Shown one piece after another: positions 1 to 12,870 of a DNA stretch of 64,000 bases; the first letter of the stretch is position 1; every line of letters begins with the position of its first letter. Below the pieces are notes generated by a model that was not told where the DNA came from, did not search any database, and saw only the letters and a list, made by a program, of their open reading frames with translations. Source of the stretch: Octopus vulgaris (taxonomy: Eukaryota). The stretch spans positions 68,944,001 through 69,008,000 of the forward strand of contig OX597825.1 in the NCBI GenBank assembly GCA_951406725.2. Direction: 5' to 3'. Both the position numbers and the translations under genes were made by a program.

Positions 1-720
1 TCGACACCTGCGTGCCATTGGAAAAGTCAGCAAATTGGGTCAATGGGTGCCTCACAAATTTTTCGTGTCTAATCGCGCACAGAGAGTGAATATGTGCTCT
101 TCTGTACTGTCATGTCTCACGAATGAACCTGTTTTGGACCGAATCGTAACTGGTGACGAGAAATGGGTTCCTTATAAAAATGTCAAGTGCCGAAGACAGT
201 AATAGAGAAAGGAGAAACACCGGCACCCTAGGCTAAAGAAGGTCTTTACCCACGTAAGGTGTTGATATTTCTTTGGTGGGATATGAACGGATTAGTCCAC
301 TTTGAACGCTTAAGTCCCAACCAAAGGATAATAAAGGGGACCTACTGCAAGCCGCTTCAACGGCTTAAGCCAGTGCTGGAAAAAAAGGTCCATCTTTGGT
401 TTCAAGACGAAAGGTGTTCTTCCATCAGGAAAATATTCGGCCACAACAAGCGAGGATGACATTCCAAAGGCTGGAGTAGTTTGAATGGAAAACGATGTCC
501 CACCCACCATATTCACCGGACATTGCCCCGTCTGATTAGCATTTATTCCGCAGTCTTCAAAATCATTTGGACAGAAACAATATTAATTCTATAGATGAGG
601 TCAGAACAGTACTGGAGGAGTATATTTCGTCACGGACAAGTGAATTTTGGAAGAAAGGCCTTGCAGGTCTACCAGATAGATGGCAAAGCATTGTAGAAAA
701 TGGAGGGTATATTTTAGACT
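1..720 (+). mobile_element. Decayed mariner (DD34D-type) transposase, catalytic/C-terminal part
   Basis: Motifs read across frameshifts and stops: GQWVPHK (WVPHEL), RIVTGDEKWV, WWDMNGLVHFE, FHQENIRP (HDNARPH-like), HPPYSPDIAPSD*HLFRSLQNHL. Confidence 0.92.
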
Positions 721-1530
721 TGAACTCTGCTTTGCATGCGCACTAGAGTTTTACGTTATAGCTCACTTCCACTATTTACAGCAGTGCTTTGAAGGAATAT
801 GTGTAGCGTGTGATCGTCGCATTGACCATGACAGAGAAAGTTGTCATGTTGATACCTGCTCAGATGCTTACGCAGTTGCAGACAGTGTATGGAGAGGAGT
901 GTATGAACCGCACACAAGTGTACAAGCAGTTCAGACGTTTCCAATATGGCCCAAAAAATGTTGATATTGACGAACATTCTGGGAAACCCGCAACCAGCAG
1001 AACTGAGAAAAACATCGCAGATGAGCATGCATCTTTGAGGTGAAATCGTCGAATCACCATCCCTGAGTTATCAGAGGATGTGCAGATTAGTTACGGTTCA
1101 GTTCAGTCCGTTATCACTGAAGATTTGGGTATGAGACGCGTGTGTGCTAAGTTTTTTCAAAAACTGCTTTTCAGGTGATCAAAATGAGACTCGGGTTTCA
1201 GTTGTATAATATCTCCTTGATTGTGTCGAGAACGATGAAAACGTTTTGAAAAGTTTGCGTAGGCCTCTGAGCAGGTATCACCAAGCTTTTGCCAAAACTT
1301 GATGCAGATTCTCAGCTCAACTTTTTCTGTCATGGTCAATGCGACAATCACACGTTACGCACGTTACTTCCAAGCACTGCTGTAAAGAGCGAAAGTGAGC
1401 TAGAACGTTAAGACTTAGTGCCCATGCACAACAGAATTCAAGGTAAATCTGTACCAAGCAGCTTCACTCTCCATGTTTTAGCTTCGTTACTATAGCAACA
1501 GTCCGGATATTTATTGATCAGACAAGTTAT
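721..1530. mobile_element. Mariner-derived fold-back element: 5'/HTH region on +, followed by an inverted copy of the 5' end and TIR
   Basis: + strand VYGEECMNRTQVYKQFRRFQ...EHSGKP...RRITIPELSEDVQISYGSVQSVITEDLGMRRVCAKF; - strand MTEKVELRICIKFWQKLG. 721-843 is the reverse complement of about 1318-1440. Mariner-like TIR CAGTCCGGATATTTATTGATCAGAC at about 1500-1524. Confidence 0.85.
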
Positions 1531-1946
1531 ACACACACACACGCTTCCGTTTTAAGACTGCATATTGATAAATATATGAAACGATAAAAATCATAAAAAT
1601 TACTCAGTGTTAAATTATCAGGCAAATTGTGCAGCATTTTCCATTTCTAAAGTTAACTGATGCCATTTTGGAGATTCTATTTGTATTTGATTCACGACTT
1701 ATTGGCTCTGTTTGTCTACAGAAAAGCCTGACTATTTATATTTATCAACCTTAATGGGTATTAAGAGACTAATATTTGCAATTCTTAAAATGAATGTTTC
1801 CATAGACATAACGTCTAGGATACTGTAATTTCGATATATCCATAAAGGCAGAGCTATGCCTTATTAGTTTAGAGGTTAATTCCTGTATAATCTGTGGCAA
1901 TGATTCAGGTTCAGTCCCTGAATGAAGAGATTACTTCTCTCTATAT

Positions 1947-2560
1947 GCAGGGTGTTTGGACTAAATTTCAGGATTTGTTGTCTCCTTTTTGTTTTTGTAC
2001 AAGAACAGCTTGATGTATTGGTGAATAATCAGCGGCGTTGGAGAGCATGAATATTAAAGTAGTATTTGAGAAAAAAGTTAGCTGACATGGAGGACTGGAA
2101 ACTATCTGATATCAGAAAAGAGTCGCATCGGATATCTTACAGCAACGGAGACTACGAAATGTGTCCAGCAGGGAGGGATGCAACAGGAGTCCTGATTGCC
2201 TCCGCACGTCGGAATTGATCCTCACGTCTTTGAATAGAGCCATAGGCTCAATTCAGATGATGGCTATGTGAACTGCCAAAGACTACGATCAATCTCTGAG
2301 TGGAGAGGGAGGGTTGCTGCTTGAAGGCGGTATGTGTGGCAGCAAGATTTGGCGCTTTGCCATACATCCGGAAAGAGTCAGAAGTGGTTGTTGGGGGAAT
2401 TCTACGACGCCAATATTCCATTTCTGGCCTCCTAATTCTCCCGATTGTAATCACATGGATTAATTTATGTGGGTGCAGTTAAGAAAGACACCGACTGCTC
2501 TGCCTGCAACACCAAGGCCGAGCTGATAGCCAAGATCAAGATCAAGGGATACAGTGAAGA
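1947..2560 (+). mobile_element. Decayed Tc1/maT-like transposase fragment
   Basis: WPPNSPDCNHMD*FMW followed by ..ACNTKAELIAKIK at about 2423-2540; CAGGGTGT TIR-like start near 1948. Confidence 0.7.
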
Positions 2561-2579
2561 AAGCATGCGTCTCGCATAA

Positions 2580-3271
2580 AAAATAGCAAAAAGTGAGGCC
2601 ATCACCTTATCTGCAGATCAAACGACTTTAGCCTTCTTAGTAGCAGGTGAGGAGAAGCTTTTCACTGCATGGATTGTCTCTGTGTCTCTTGCTCAAAGTT
2701 ATGAATCCAACGCTCATCCTGGCTTAGGAAACGTTCAAGGAAACCAGCTGGATCTGCCTCAAGCAATGTCAGATTTTCCTGTGAGGCGATGAGCCTGGTA
2801 CGCTTTAGATCAGGTGTCAGAAGACGTGGCGCCCATCAAGTTCATTGCACAGAATATTCTCAACTTTCTCACGGAATATGCTAATAACCTTGGCTATTTG
2901 ATTTATATTCAATCGTCTGTCATCCATCAGCATGAGGTAAACACGATCGTTATTTTCCTCGGCGATGGCAGCTGTAGGACGTCCAGACCTTCGGTGATCT
3001 TCAAGACCCTCACTTCCTTTTCTAAATTCAGCTGCCCACTTTTGCACTGTTGATAAAGCTTGGCCGTCGTCCCCTAATGCAGCAACGACGCCAACATGAA
3101 TATATAGGCGCAGGAGTGGCTGTGTGGTAAGTAGCTTGCTTACCAACAACATGGTTCTGGGTTCAGTTCCACTGCGTGGCACCTTGGGCAAGTGTCTTCT
3201 ACTATAGCCTTGAGCCAACCAAAGCCTTGTGAATGGATTTGGTAGACGGAAACTGAACGAAGCCCGTCGTA

Positions 3272-3320
<49 letters not shown>

Positions 3321-3797
3321 ATGTTTGCGTGTCTGTGTTTGTTCCCCCAACATCGCTTGACAACCGATACTGGTGTGTTTACGTCCCTGTAACTTAGCGG
3401 TTCGGCAAAAGAGACCGATAGAATAAGTACTAGGCTTACAAAGAATAAGTCCTGGGGTCGATTTGCTCGACTAAAGGCGGTGCTCCAGCATGGCCGCAGT
3501 CAAATGACTGAAACAGGTAAAAGAGTAAAGAGAATAAGAGATTATATTCGGGGGGTGGGGAGCTAAACTGTTTTTCTGCAAGTACTTGATAACACTACGA
3601 TGCGTCCATTTTCAAGAGACGTCGCTATTAGGTACTTTTGAAGTCTTCTTCGAAGAGTCAGGTGTCGGTTTAACTGACAAAAGAATCAACGCTGTTATTA
3701 ACAATAATAAGAGTTGAAATTAATGCATATAAGATTTCACAGCTGTAGCATCACTCCTTCCTAGGCAACCTACGAACTTTTCATTCCTTCCTCATAG
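2580..3797 (-). mobile_element. Decayed mariner element interrupted by a SINE
   Basis: - strand STVQKWAAEFRKG..LEDHRRSGRP..., QDERWIHNFEQETQRQSMQ, SADKVMASLF. TIR-like TATGAGGAAGGAATGAAAAGTTCG (rc) at about 3774-3797. SINE inserted at 3107-3532. Confidence 0.8.
3107..3532 (+). mobile_element. tRNA-derived SINE group A (full length, internal TA/TG microsatellite)
   Basis: A box TGGCTGTGTGG, B box GGTTCAGTTCC, body ...GGTAGACGGAAACTGAA..., tail GACTGAAACAGGTAAAAGAG; more than 10 homologues in the window. Confidence 0.9.
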
Positions 3798-4255
3798 GTG
3801 TAATGTTTAGTGAAACTGTGATCACCAGGTGCTTTTAATATCCGGTTAGAGGTATCCGAATGTTAATTTGAAAATTCTAAAGTGTCACCAAATTGTTACA
3901 GTTATTCTTCTAAAATACACGAATCTAGGGATGCCTTGTCAAGCAGTAACAACCAAGTGTAGGTTGTCATTGTTTCCTAAAGAGTTTGCCATATTTAGTT
4001 TTGCAAATATTTGTTGTCGGCTCAAATAATACCTTGTTCTTCAGTGTCTCATATTTTTAAAGAAGGAGCCTCTACGTCGTTGCTCGATTTACTTGCAATA
4101 GTAGCTAAATTCCCTGAGATCGCAACAAATAGCTTAAAGGAATACTAGTAAACCATTCACACGACGATAATGACGGTATTATCATTAAAAACACGGTTAA
4201 TACCTGCCAGAGTTTTGCTGATGTCATTATTAAATCTGCCTAAAACTCAGTTCTT

Positions 4256-4461
4256 TAACCTTTTAGAATTTAAACCGACCATATTTGGTCGAAATATTCT
4301 ATTGTTCAAACGATCCAGATCCAGCCTCTCCCACCTACCCTAGAAATAAACAAGCATATTATTGGCGTCTCAAAGCTATAAGATAATGCATGATTAATTC
4401 AAAACAATGTGATTAAGAAAGCAGTAAGTTTGACAGAGTACTCTGAAGGCTAAATTGTTAA
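4256..4461. mobile_element. piggyBac-like MITE (decayed)
   Basis: TTAA at both ends with imperfect TIRs CCTTTTAGAATT / GAAGGCTAAATTG; about 200 bp. Confidence 0.5.
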
Positions 4462-5524
4462 ACAGTCTTTTCTGATTGAAATACACAAGTTCTGGGGTTC
4501 GAATCAACATGTAGACCTACAACAGTATAACTCTATTAAACAGTTGATAGATCGGTACCGCAAGCATAGATCACCGCCAAATATTTATATCTCTTTATCT
4601 TGTCTCGATTTAGTTAATTTTGTTTAATCCTACTTTAACCATGTCAAATCCAGCTGACCTCTGATCAAAGACGCAATAGCTCTGATCTCGATCTTGTCTT
4701 GAATAACAGCGAGTACAATGTTTAATATAGTCTTCTTTATTTACAATGACACTGTGAGATTTAGTTTTTATATCTAGTATTTCGAATGACCACGCAAAAA
4801 TCCCTTGTATTCTGCATAAGTGATTCTACTGTGAACAATAGTCTTGACATATAAGAAGTTTTCAATACAACATATGATATGATTTATCACTAACAAATTT
4901 AAGTGTTGCTGCCACAACACAACGCGTGATATCATTTATTATCACAGAAATTCATCAAGTATTACCGTCTAAAGAGATTCTCTGATATCATTAATTATCA
5001 CCATGACTTTCATTTCTGATAAACCAACTTCTTTTTTTGTTTAGCTCCACATTTTAATGAAAACGGAAATTTTCTACTCTGTAAGGTGATTTCTTCACGT
5101 CACACAAGTTTAATATGAAAGACTGAAGAGAAATTTTACCAGATCGGCTGTAATGATGGTCAGTATTGAAATCATCCTCCTCCTCCTCCTCCTCCTCTTG
5201 CTTTCCTGAAGACATGTAGCTAATATAAGCAGTTAATATGGCGGAGTTGTAAAAGTCTTGCAGTACACTTTTAACTTTCTCCGTCCTGAGTTCAAATTCG
5301 GCCGAGGTCAAAGTGGACTTTCATCATTTCAGATTTCAATGAATAATGGTACGAATCAAGCAAGGATGGGGGCTGATTTTTCTACCCTCTCATTTTACCA
5401 TTTCCACAGAAGAAATCGACCAATTTCAGATCTGGAGAGAATGTGGCTTCACCCAGGTTTAAAATGATCAAGGCATGCCATAGAAGAAAGAATACGTTGC
5501 TTTCTTTTATCATTAAAAAAAAAA

Positions 5525-5750
5525 ATCTTTATGCGCTTCGGTCATACGACTGTGGCCACCGCTATGAAGGGCTTTAGTCGAGTAAATCGATCCCAGTTTT
5601 CTGTTTTTAAAATCTGGGACTTATTTTAATAGTATATTTCGCCGAACCGCTAAGTTGTGGTGACGTAAGTAAACTAACATCGGTTGTCAAGTAGAATGCG
5701 GTTCAAAAAGACGTACATAGACACACACACACACACACACGTACACACAC
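5525..5750 (-). mobile_element. SINE group A, 3' half (diverged)
   Basis: Matches the reverse complement of the group A tail (GCCGAACCGCTAAGTT, CGGTTGTCAAG). Confidence 0.7.
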
Positions 5751-5829
5751 TCATCGTATGGTGTTGACTATCGTTGAAAAGAATACACAGTATCATATTA
5801 GTGAGTAATAATGTATTCTTTAAAAAATA

Positions 5830-6146
5830 CTCCGCCGGTTACGACGACGAGGGTCCCAGCTGATACGATCAACGGAACAGCTTGCTCGTGAAATTAACGT
5901 GCAAATGGCTGAGCATTCCACAGACACGTGTACCCTTAACGTAGTTCTCGGGGATAATCAGCGTGACACAGAGAGTGACAAGGCTGACCCTTTGAAATAC
6001 AAGTACAACTCATTTTTGCCAGCTGAGTGGACTGGAGCAACGTGAAATAAAGTGTCTTGCTCAAGGACACAACGCGTCGCCGGGAATCGAACTCACAACC
6101 TTACGATCATGAGCCGAATGCCCTAACCACTAAGCCACGCGCCCTC
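5830..6146 (-). mobile_element. tRNA-derived SINE group B (head 2 + tail X)
   Basis: rc starts GAGGGCGCGTGGCTTAGTGGTTAGG...GTTCGATTCCC, core TGTGTCCTTGAGCAAGACAC; tail shared with the 8569-8955 copy. Confidence 0.88.
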
Positions 6147-6522
6147 GCAGTAATAATGTATAATAATGTATTAATAATGTATATAATAATGCGTTTTATT
6201 TTGGTCGAGTCAGTCTCTGGTCACTCAGAGTTTCGCCAGTCCCTGCAAAGTCTTCAGGCATGTTATGACTTGCTTTCCAGCTGAGACCAAATCGTTCAGA
6301 TTTTGTAGCTGTTTGTTCTCTGGAAACGACGGAATACCACAATGCATCTTTGCACTGTAAAGTATAATAGCCATCTCAATATGGTTAACCACAAAGGGGG
6401 GTGTTACTGTAGCTTTTTAGCCCCAGGAGATCATCGTCTCCAGCTGGCTTTAGGCACACTACTGTGCCCTTATGGTATTTGCAAAGGGAGACCATCACTT
6501 TCTCGTAAGCCTAAGTGATACG

Positions 6523-6566
6523 CACCGGACCGCGGTTTCGAGGTTATTGCCTCTTATCAACGGGCG
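6523..6566 (-). ncRNA. Minimal hammerhead-ribozyme-like motif (degenerate core), Penelope/retrozyme type
   Basis: rc: GCCCG-TTGATAA-GAGG(CAATAA)CCTC-GAAA-CCGCGG-TC-CGGTG. Stem I, stem II and a palindromic stem III are present; the core has two changes from CTGATGA. Confidence 0.65.
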
Positions 6567-7078
6567 GTAAGATGCCACAACGTAACTTTTAACCGTCCTC
6601 TTACAGAAACTGGTGCCATATAAGTTTTACGATCTCACTGTGTAACTGAAAGAAACCTTGTCTTGTTTCATAAACAAAGTTAAATATATAGGAGAACCAG
6701 ACACTGAAATTTTCATATCAAATGTATAAAGCAAAGCAAAGTCCTAACAATGTAATATAGTTATCGTGGATAACATTTCACATTATAACCTCTGCGACGG
6801 CAAAACGACAATTATATTACCAGAGAATCACAAATTAATGAAATGATTCGGGTTTAATATGGATGCTTAACAGTGGGATATTTACAGAATTATACTGTGT
6901 TATATAATTCAATTGGGGAAAAAAGCGAAGCTCTTAGTTGTTCTGTAACGTTAGTGAGAAATGTTCGGTAAATTCCATTGAACGTCATCGTAGGAGTTAT
7001 TGAGAAATTGCAGCTGGTCTCTTCCACAGGGACTGTAGTTGTTCTACTGTCTACGAAAGAATAACATCTCGATAAATT

Positions 7079-7111
<33 letters not shown>

Positions 7112-7435
7112 ATATGTGCAATGTGCAATGTGCAATGTAGGAATACATAACTACACATATGTAACTAATAACTACATAAGCGTATACTGTTCCATTAATA
7201 TAAGAATAACAAAGAAATACACTATCAAGTGAGAGGTGAATATCATTTAATGTATATATAAAGATACGAGCAACAAATAATTTCTTTTATTGGAGACGAA
7301 GGTCTTGAGAGGTCTTAAGACGTCGTGTGTCTCCAAGCAATCTGCAAGATTGGAGACACAAGGTGCGTTATGAAAACATGTTATCTCCAATGCGATACAC
7401 CATTAATAACTCATATCTTTACACCGTGTACCTCA

Positions 7436-7510
<75 letters not shown>

Positions 7511-7516
<6 letters not shown>

Positions 7517-7733
7517 TAAATTAGAGACAAAACCACTATTAGGCAAATCATACAATGAAAAACCTAAGCCAATACATAAGATTATTTAATTTATATTACT
7601 TAAATATATAACAAAATTATTAAAAAAATATAATTAATATATCACTATAATATAATATAATATTTTACTATAAAATTGGATTCAATCCTAAATCTGATTC
7701 TTCCCTGTAAGTTTGGATTTATTCCCTAATATT

Positions 7734-7740
<7 letters not shown>
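7511..7740. mobile_element. (TA)n-embedded AT-rich repeat, putative Penelope-like terminal fragment
   Basis: Close copy at about 34708-34892; related segments at 44365-44480; flanked by (TA)n. Confidence 0.65.
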
Positions 7741-7762
<22 letters not shown>

Positions 7763-7767
<5 letters not shown>

Positions 7768-8016
7768 ATGAAGGGTAAAACTAATTAATTAATTAGTAAT
7801 TAATAATTCCACCAAGTAGTGTTCAGCATGTTAAAAGGACCATTTATGGTAAACTTAAACATTACTTTTTTTTTTTGCTGAACCCTAATTATAAATATAC
7901 TCATAATTATAAAAAGTAATGTTTAAGTTTACCGTAAATGGTCCTTTTAACATGCTGAACACTACTTGGTGGAATTATTAATTACTAATTAATTAATTAA
8001 TTTTACCCTTTATTAT

Positions 8017-8018
<2 letters not shown>
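7763..8018. repeat. Fold-back with ~108-bp arms between (TA)n tracts
   Basis: 7763-7870 is the near-perfect reverse complement of 7911-8018; the arm is homologous to 34965-35065 and 42825-42935. Confidence 0.9.
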
Positions 8019-8071
<53 letters not shown>

Positions 8072-8085
8072 ATTGCGGAAGTTCC

Positions 8086-8146
<61 letters not shown>

Positions 8147-8568
8147 CGTTGATAAGTTACGATCAGCTGCCGAGGTATTCAATACAAATATGGTGTGTGC
8201 AATATTTTATTTAGACCGTTGCAATTCCCTGCCATTCTGGAGTTGAGTTTCTACATCGTATAGCCGTTTCTGAAGAAGAAATGGAAATGAAAATTTACAG
8301 AGATATATTAGAATTTATTTGGATGTAAAAATATAAGTATACACTTGATCAGTTTCACGTTAGGTTTTCAAAAGTGTATAGCATTTGGAGCTGTGTTGCA
8401 AATTGCATCTATTTTGGACTGTTCTTGTGTTGTTTGTTTTTAAAGAAAGAACGTGGCTGAGGGCGCGATCCGGAAACATATAGATTCATCGGTTAAGCTC
8501 ATGTGGCAGTCGCGTGAGAAAGCAACGTAAAAGCTTTTCTCCATTGAATATGTCATATGAGAGAAGAG

Positions 8569-8955
8569 GAGTGGAGGCGCAATGGCCCAGTGGTTAGGGC
8601 AGCGGACTCGCGGTCATAGGATCGCGGTTTCGATTCCCAGACCGGGCGTTGTGAGTGTTTATTGAGCGAAAACACCCAAAAGCTCCACGAGGCTCCGGCA
8701 GGGGATTGTGGTGATTCCTGCTGTACTCTTTCACCACAACTTTCTCTCACTCTTACTTCCTGTTTCTGTTGTACCTGTATTTCAAGGGGCCGGCCTTGTC
8801 ACTCTCTGTGTCACGCTGAATATCCCCGAGAACTACGTTAAGGGTACACGTGTCTGTGGAGTGCTCGGCCACTTACACGTTAATTTCACGAGCAGGCTGT
8901 TCCGTTGATTCGGATCAACCAGAACCCTCGTCGTCGTAACCGACGGAGTGCTTCC
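8569..8955 (+). mobile_element. tRNA-derived SINE group B (head 1 + tail X) with TSD
   Basis: A box TGGCCCAGTGG, B box GTTTCGATTCC; TSD ATGAGAGAAGAG (8557-8568) / ATGACAGAAGAG (8956-8967). Confidence 0.9.
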
Positions 8956-9224
8956 ATGACAGAAGAGATAAGAATGATATTTATTTTACTGTTTCCTCCC
9001 CCGTTTTATGTCAGAAGTAATAAACACTGAAACTTGACTTTAATTAAAGAAAATATATAGTTGTTTTCTTAAAGTGTTACTGAAAATTATTAATTATTTT
9101 GTCGGAAAATAATATCATCACTTATTGTTAGTTGATTCTCATTGAACATGACAAAACACATCCCTTCTTTGTTAACAAGTTTTGGGGAAAATGAAATAAC
9201 GAAGTGCGGAGTAAATAAGATACT

Positions 9225-9436
9225 CTTTTCTTTTCTTTTACTCTTTTTACTTGTTTCAGTCATTTGACTGCAGCCATGCTGGAGCACCGCCTTTAATCGA
9301 GCAACACGACCCCGGGACTTATTCTTTTTGTAAGCCCAGTACTTATTCTAACCGCTAAGTAACGGGGACATAAACACACCAGCATCGGTTGTCAAGCAGT
9401 GCTAGGGGGACAAACAAAGACACACAAATACACACA

Positions 9437-9482
<46 letters not shown>

Positions 9483-9648
9483 TACGACGGGCTTCTTTCA
9501 GTTTCCGTCTACCAAATCCACTCACAAGGCTTTGGTCGGCCCAAGGCTATAGTAGAAGATACTTGCCCAAGGTGCCAGGCAGTGGGACTGAACTCGGAAC
9601 CATGTGGTTGGTAAACAAGCTACTTACCACACAGCTACTCCTACGCCT
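9225..9648 (-). mobile_element. SINE group A (near full length)
   Basis: Reverse-complement match to 3107-3532. Confidence 0.9.
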
Positions 9649-10129
9649 ATGATAGATTATAATTGCTACATGAATTTTGGTTTTCTTAAGAACGAGCGAA
9701 AGAAGACATAATATATTTCTACAATAATTAATTCATAGAAACAAAAAAGCGAATCGAGTATTATTGATGATTTACAACCTGTTCATTTTCTCGCTCCCCA
9801 CTCTCTCACATTTCTTGGCCTTCCCTTAATTCTCATCACTTTCCATCCCCTTTTACCTCACTCTCTCCCTTTCCTTTTTCTCTCTTTCTCGTCCCTCCCT
9901 AATTCTGCAATCCTTCTGCTCCCACCTCTCTCCTCTCCTTCCACGTGACCGGTGTTCCGCCAAGCCTGACCTTTCTTTCTTGGTTCAGCTACCATCCGTG
10001 TAGCATCTCTTATATTCCTTCCCATGACTGTCACATCTTATGCCCCTGCCCTAAGGTTTCACTTCCATACACGCCAGCTTAATTTAATTCATCCTTAGTC
10101 GAAAGACACCTGTTGTTAATGTCCTGTTG

Positions 10130-10425
10130 TTTGGATTGACGGAGTGAGGAAAGCTTTGGTGGTTAGAGGTGTGAGAGTGAGAGAGGCAAGAGAGTTTATA
10201 ACTGAGAGGAAAGCTTGGAGAGTGTTTATGGATGGATGAGTGAGTTTAATGTTGCTCAAAGGAGTACGGAACCAGCATTATGCGGCGGGGGTAAACCAGC
10301 ATATACTGTCGGGCACCGCTGCTGATATTGGAGGTTGCATTCTATGTCTTGACCCAAGCATAGGATGGGGCTCGCCTCTTTGAGGAGGGAAATGAATGGA
10401 ATACTTGGTGTGTGTCCTGTTGTGG
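10130..10425 (+). mobile_element. RTE-like LINE 3' end (decayed C-terminus + 3' UTR)
   Basis: Reads WIDGVRKALVVRGVRVREAREF, similar to the W.DGV..AL..RG....EARE C-terminal motif of RTE ORF2. Confidence 0.55.
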
Positions 10426-10450
10426 CCTAAAAAAAAATGGGGAATAGACA

Positions 10451-10510
<60 letters not shown>

Positions 10511-10608
10511 GCTATTTTCATTTTTGCGTAGTTTAGACAACAGTTTATTCATCGCACCCTGTATATATATTTGCACACACAAACATAGTATACACACACA
10601 CACACACA

Positions 10609-10710
<102 letters not shown>

Positions 10711-10851
10711 GTTCTTGGGAAACGTTTTGAATATGCAAATAAAGCTGCTATTCAATTATATCGGCCACAGTTCAATGATGTTGGTTCACCAATGACTCGT
10801 GAACCAGTTATTTGGGGTTGCATCGAGCTGTACCGATAAAATGTAGGTTAA

Positions 10852-10879
<28 letters not shown>

Positions 10880-10891
<12 letters not shown>

Positions 10892-11005
10892 CCTTGGATT
10901 GAATTTATAAACATTTAATGTATCGCTACGCGAGTTTCCAATATGGAAACTCGCGTAGCGATACATTAAATGTTTAAAAATTCTATCTAAGGATTATTGT
11001 TATTA
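10880..11005. repeat. Near-perfect hairpin (~60-bp arms, 3-nt loop) holding a hammerhead 3'-half-like motif
   Basis: ...TCGCTACGCGAGTTTCCA-ATA-TGGAAACTCGCGTAGCGA...; GAAAC-TCGC-GTA followed by ATTAAA; flanked by (AAT)n and (TA)n. Confidence 0.85.
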
Positions 11006-11233
11006 TTTATATATATATATATATATATATTGGCCTGCTTGCTTAGCCAGCGGGATGGCGTCATTCGAAGGCTAAAACAATGCGAACGCATTGTGACCAG
11101 CGATGTGTAACAACATCTGATGGTCTGGTCGGTCACGTGATCACGTGATATATATATATTTAAGTATATACATATAGCTTATTTATATATACATAGATAC
11201 ACGCATGCAGACGCACGTACACATAAACAGACG

Positions 11234-11296
<63 letters not shown>

Positions 11297-11507
11297 GTAT
11301 ACTTGCTTTCTTATCCTCTTTTCACAGAACAATGTAACTCGAGCAGAGAAACAGGATAGCAGAAATAAAGGTCAAGCTTACATATGTGTGTTTCTAGTTA
11401 AAACCTATTGAACGCCAGATCTGTGGAAAGGTAAGAACAAACAATCAGGCGTCAATAAATGTCAAAACATTTCTTAATAACAAAGAGAAATGGCGTCTGT
11501 ACTTTAA

Positions 11508-11759
<252 letters not shown>

Positions 11760-11782
11760 TAGTTTAACACCAACATTGCCTG

Positions 11783-12138
11783 TTATAAAGTACATGACAT
11801 ATACTCTGAAAGGGCCGCAATCGCCCCGAACGCCGAACCGAGACGTCCTTAGACTGACCGGTCAGCTTCAGAATTTTCCCTTATGGTATAACGTTGCAGA
11901 CAGGTGTTTTTATTAATTTTTTTGTATACACATTTGCGATGTACTAAATCGTCCATAGATTTTTATACTGAATATATAGACTCTGATAGGCGAGCTAGCC
12001 CGGAATCGACCGAACGCGCTGGCCTTGCTGAAGGTTACAACGGAAATATTCAGAACTGGACGGTCGGTCTAAGGAATTCTTGGTTCGGTGTTCGGGCGAT
12101 TGCAACCCATATCAGAATATATATTATGTGTTTTGTAC
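11783..12138. mobile_element. MITE with long (~90-100 bp) imperfect TIRs
   Basis: 11803-11878 (GCAATCGCCCCGAACGCCGAACCGAGA..CCTTAGACTGACCG) is the reverse complement of about 12043-12118. Confidence 0.75.
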
Positions 12139-12303
12139 GGGCATTGGAACATTTAGCGCCTATTTCTAGCAATGTAGGTCTTTTTCACACCCTTAGTCAA
12201 ATTTAGCTTTTACTAATGATTTTAGTACATTTGAGGGGTGGTGGTGATCAAAGAATCTGTTCACATACTTAGTAAGCTCATCTGGTTTTCTATAGGGATA
12301 ATA

Positions 12304-12870
12304 TTGGGTTGTCCGGAAAGTTCGTGCCGATTTATAGTAGCTTACCTTTCGACTTATTCTGGAACATGGTTGAGTCTATAAAATAGGATTTGCCTTCACC
12401 TCCATTTAGAGCACAGTTTAAGCTATCTTTTCGTGGAAGAAGGTTTATATCCCTATAACCTGTGTTAATTCTGTAACCCTTTGAAATAGAAGATAAGAAA
12501 GTTCATTTTCGGCACTTGATGCTTTGGAAACCAGACAAAGATTGCTGCAGCTCGGCTGGGATGTGTTATCCCACCCTCCATATTCACCAGATTTTGCTCC
12601 TTCGGATTTCCACTTATTCAGATCTCTGCAGAATAGACTTAATGGTAAAAATTTCAATTCCTTGGTTGGCGTAAAAAGATACCTTGATGAATTATTTGCC
12701 ATGAAACCAGCTCAATTCTGAGAAGAGGGTATTTTCAAGTTAAAGGAAAGATGGAGACGCATGTGTGCAACAAAATGGTTCATATTTGGTTGATTAAAAA
12801 TGTAATGGCAAATATTTATTGACCTTTTTCTTTCCTTTAAAAATCGGCACAAACTTTCCTGACAACCCAT
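12304..12870 (+). mobile_element. Internally deleted non-autonomous mariner with both TIRs
   Basis: TA|TTGGGTTGTCCGGAAAGTTCGTGCCGATTT ... AAATCGGCACAAACTTTCCTGACAACCCAT|TA. N-terminal EDKKVHFRHLML is joined to ETRQRLLQLGWDVLSHPPYSPDFAPSDFHLFRSLQN. Confidence 0.93.
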
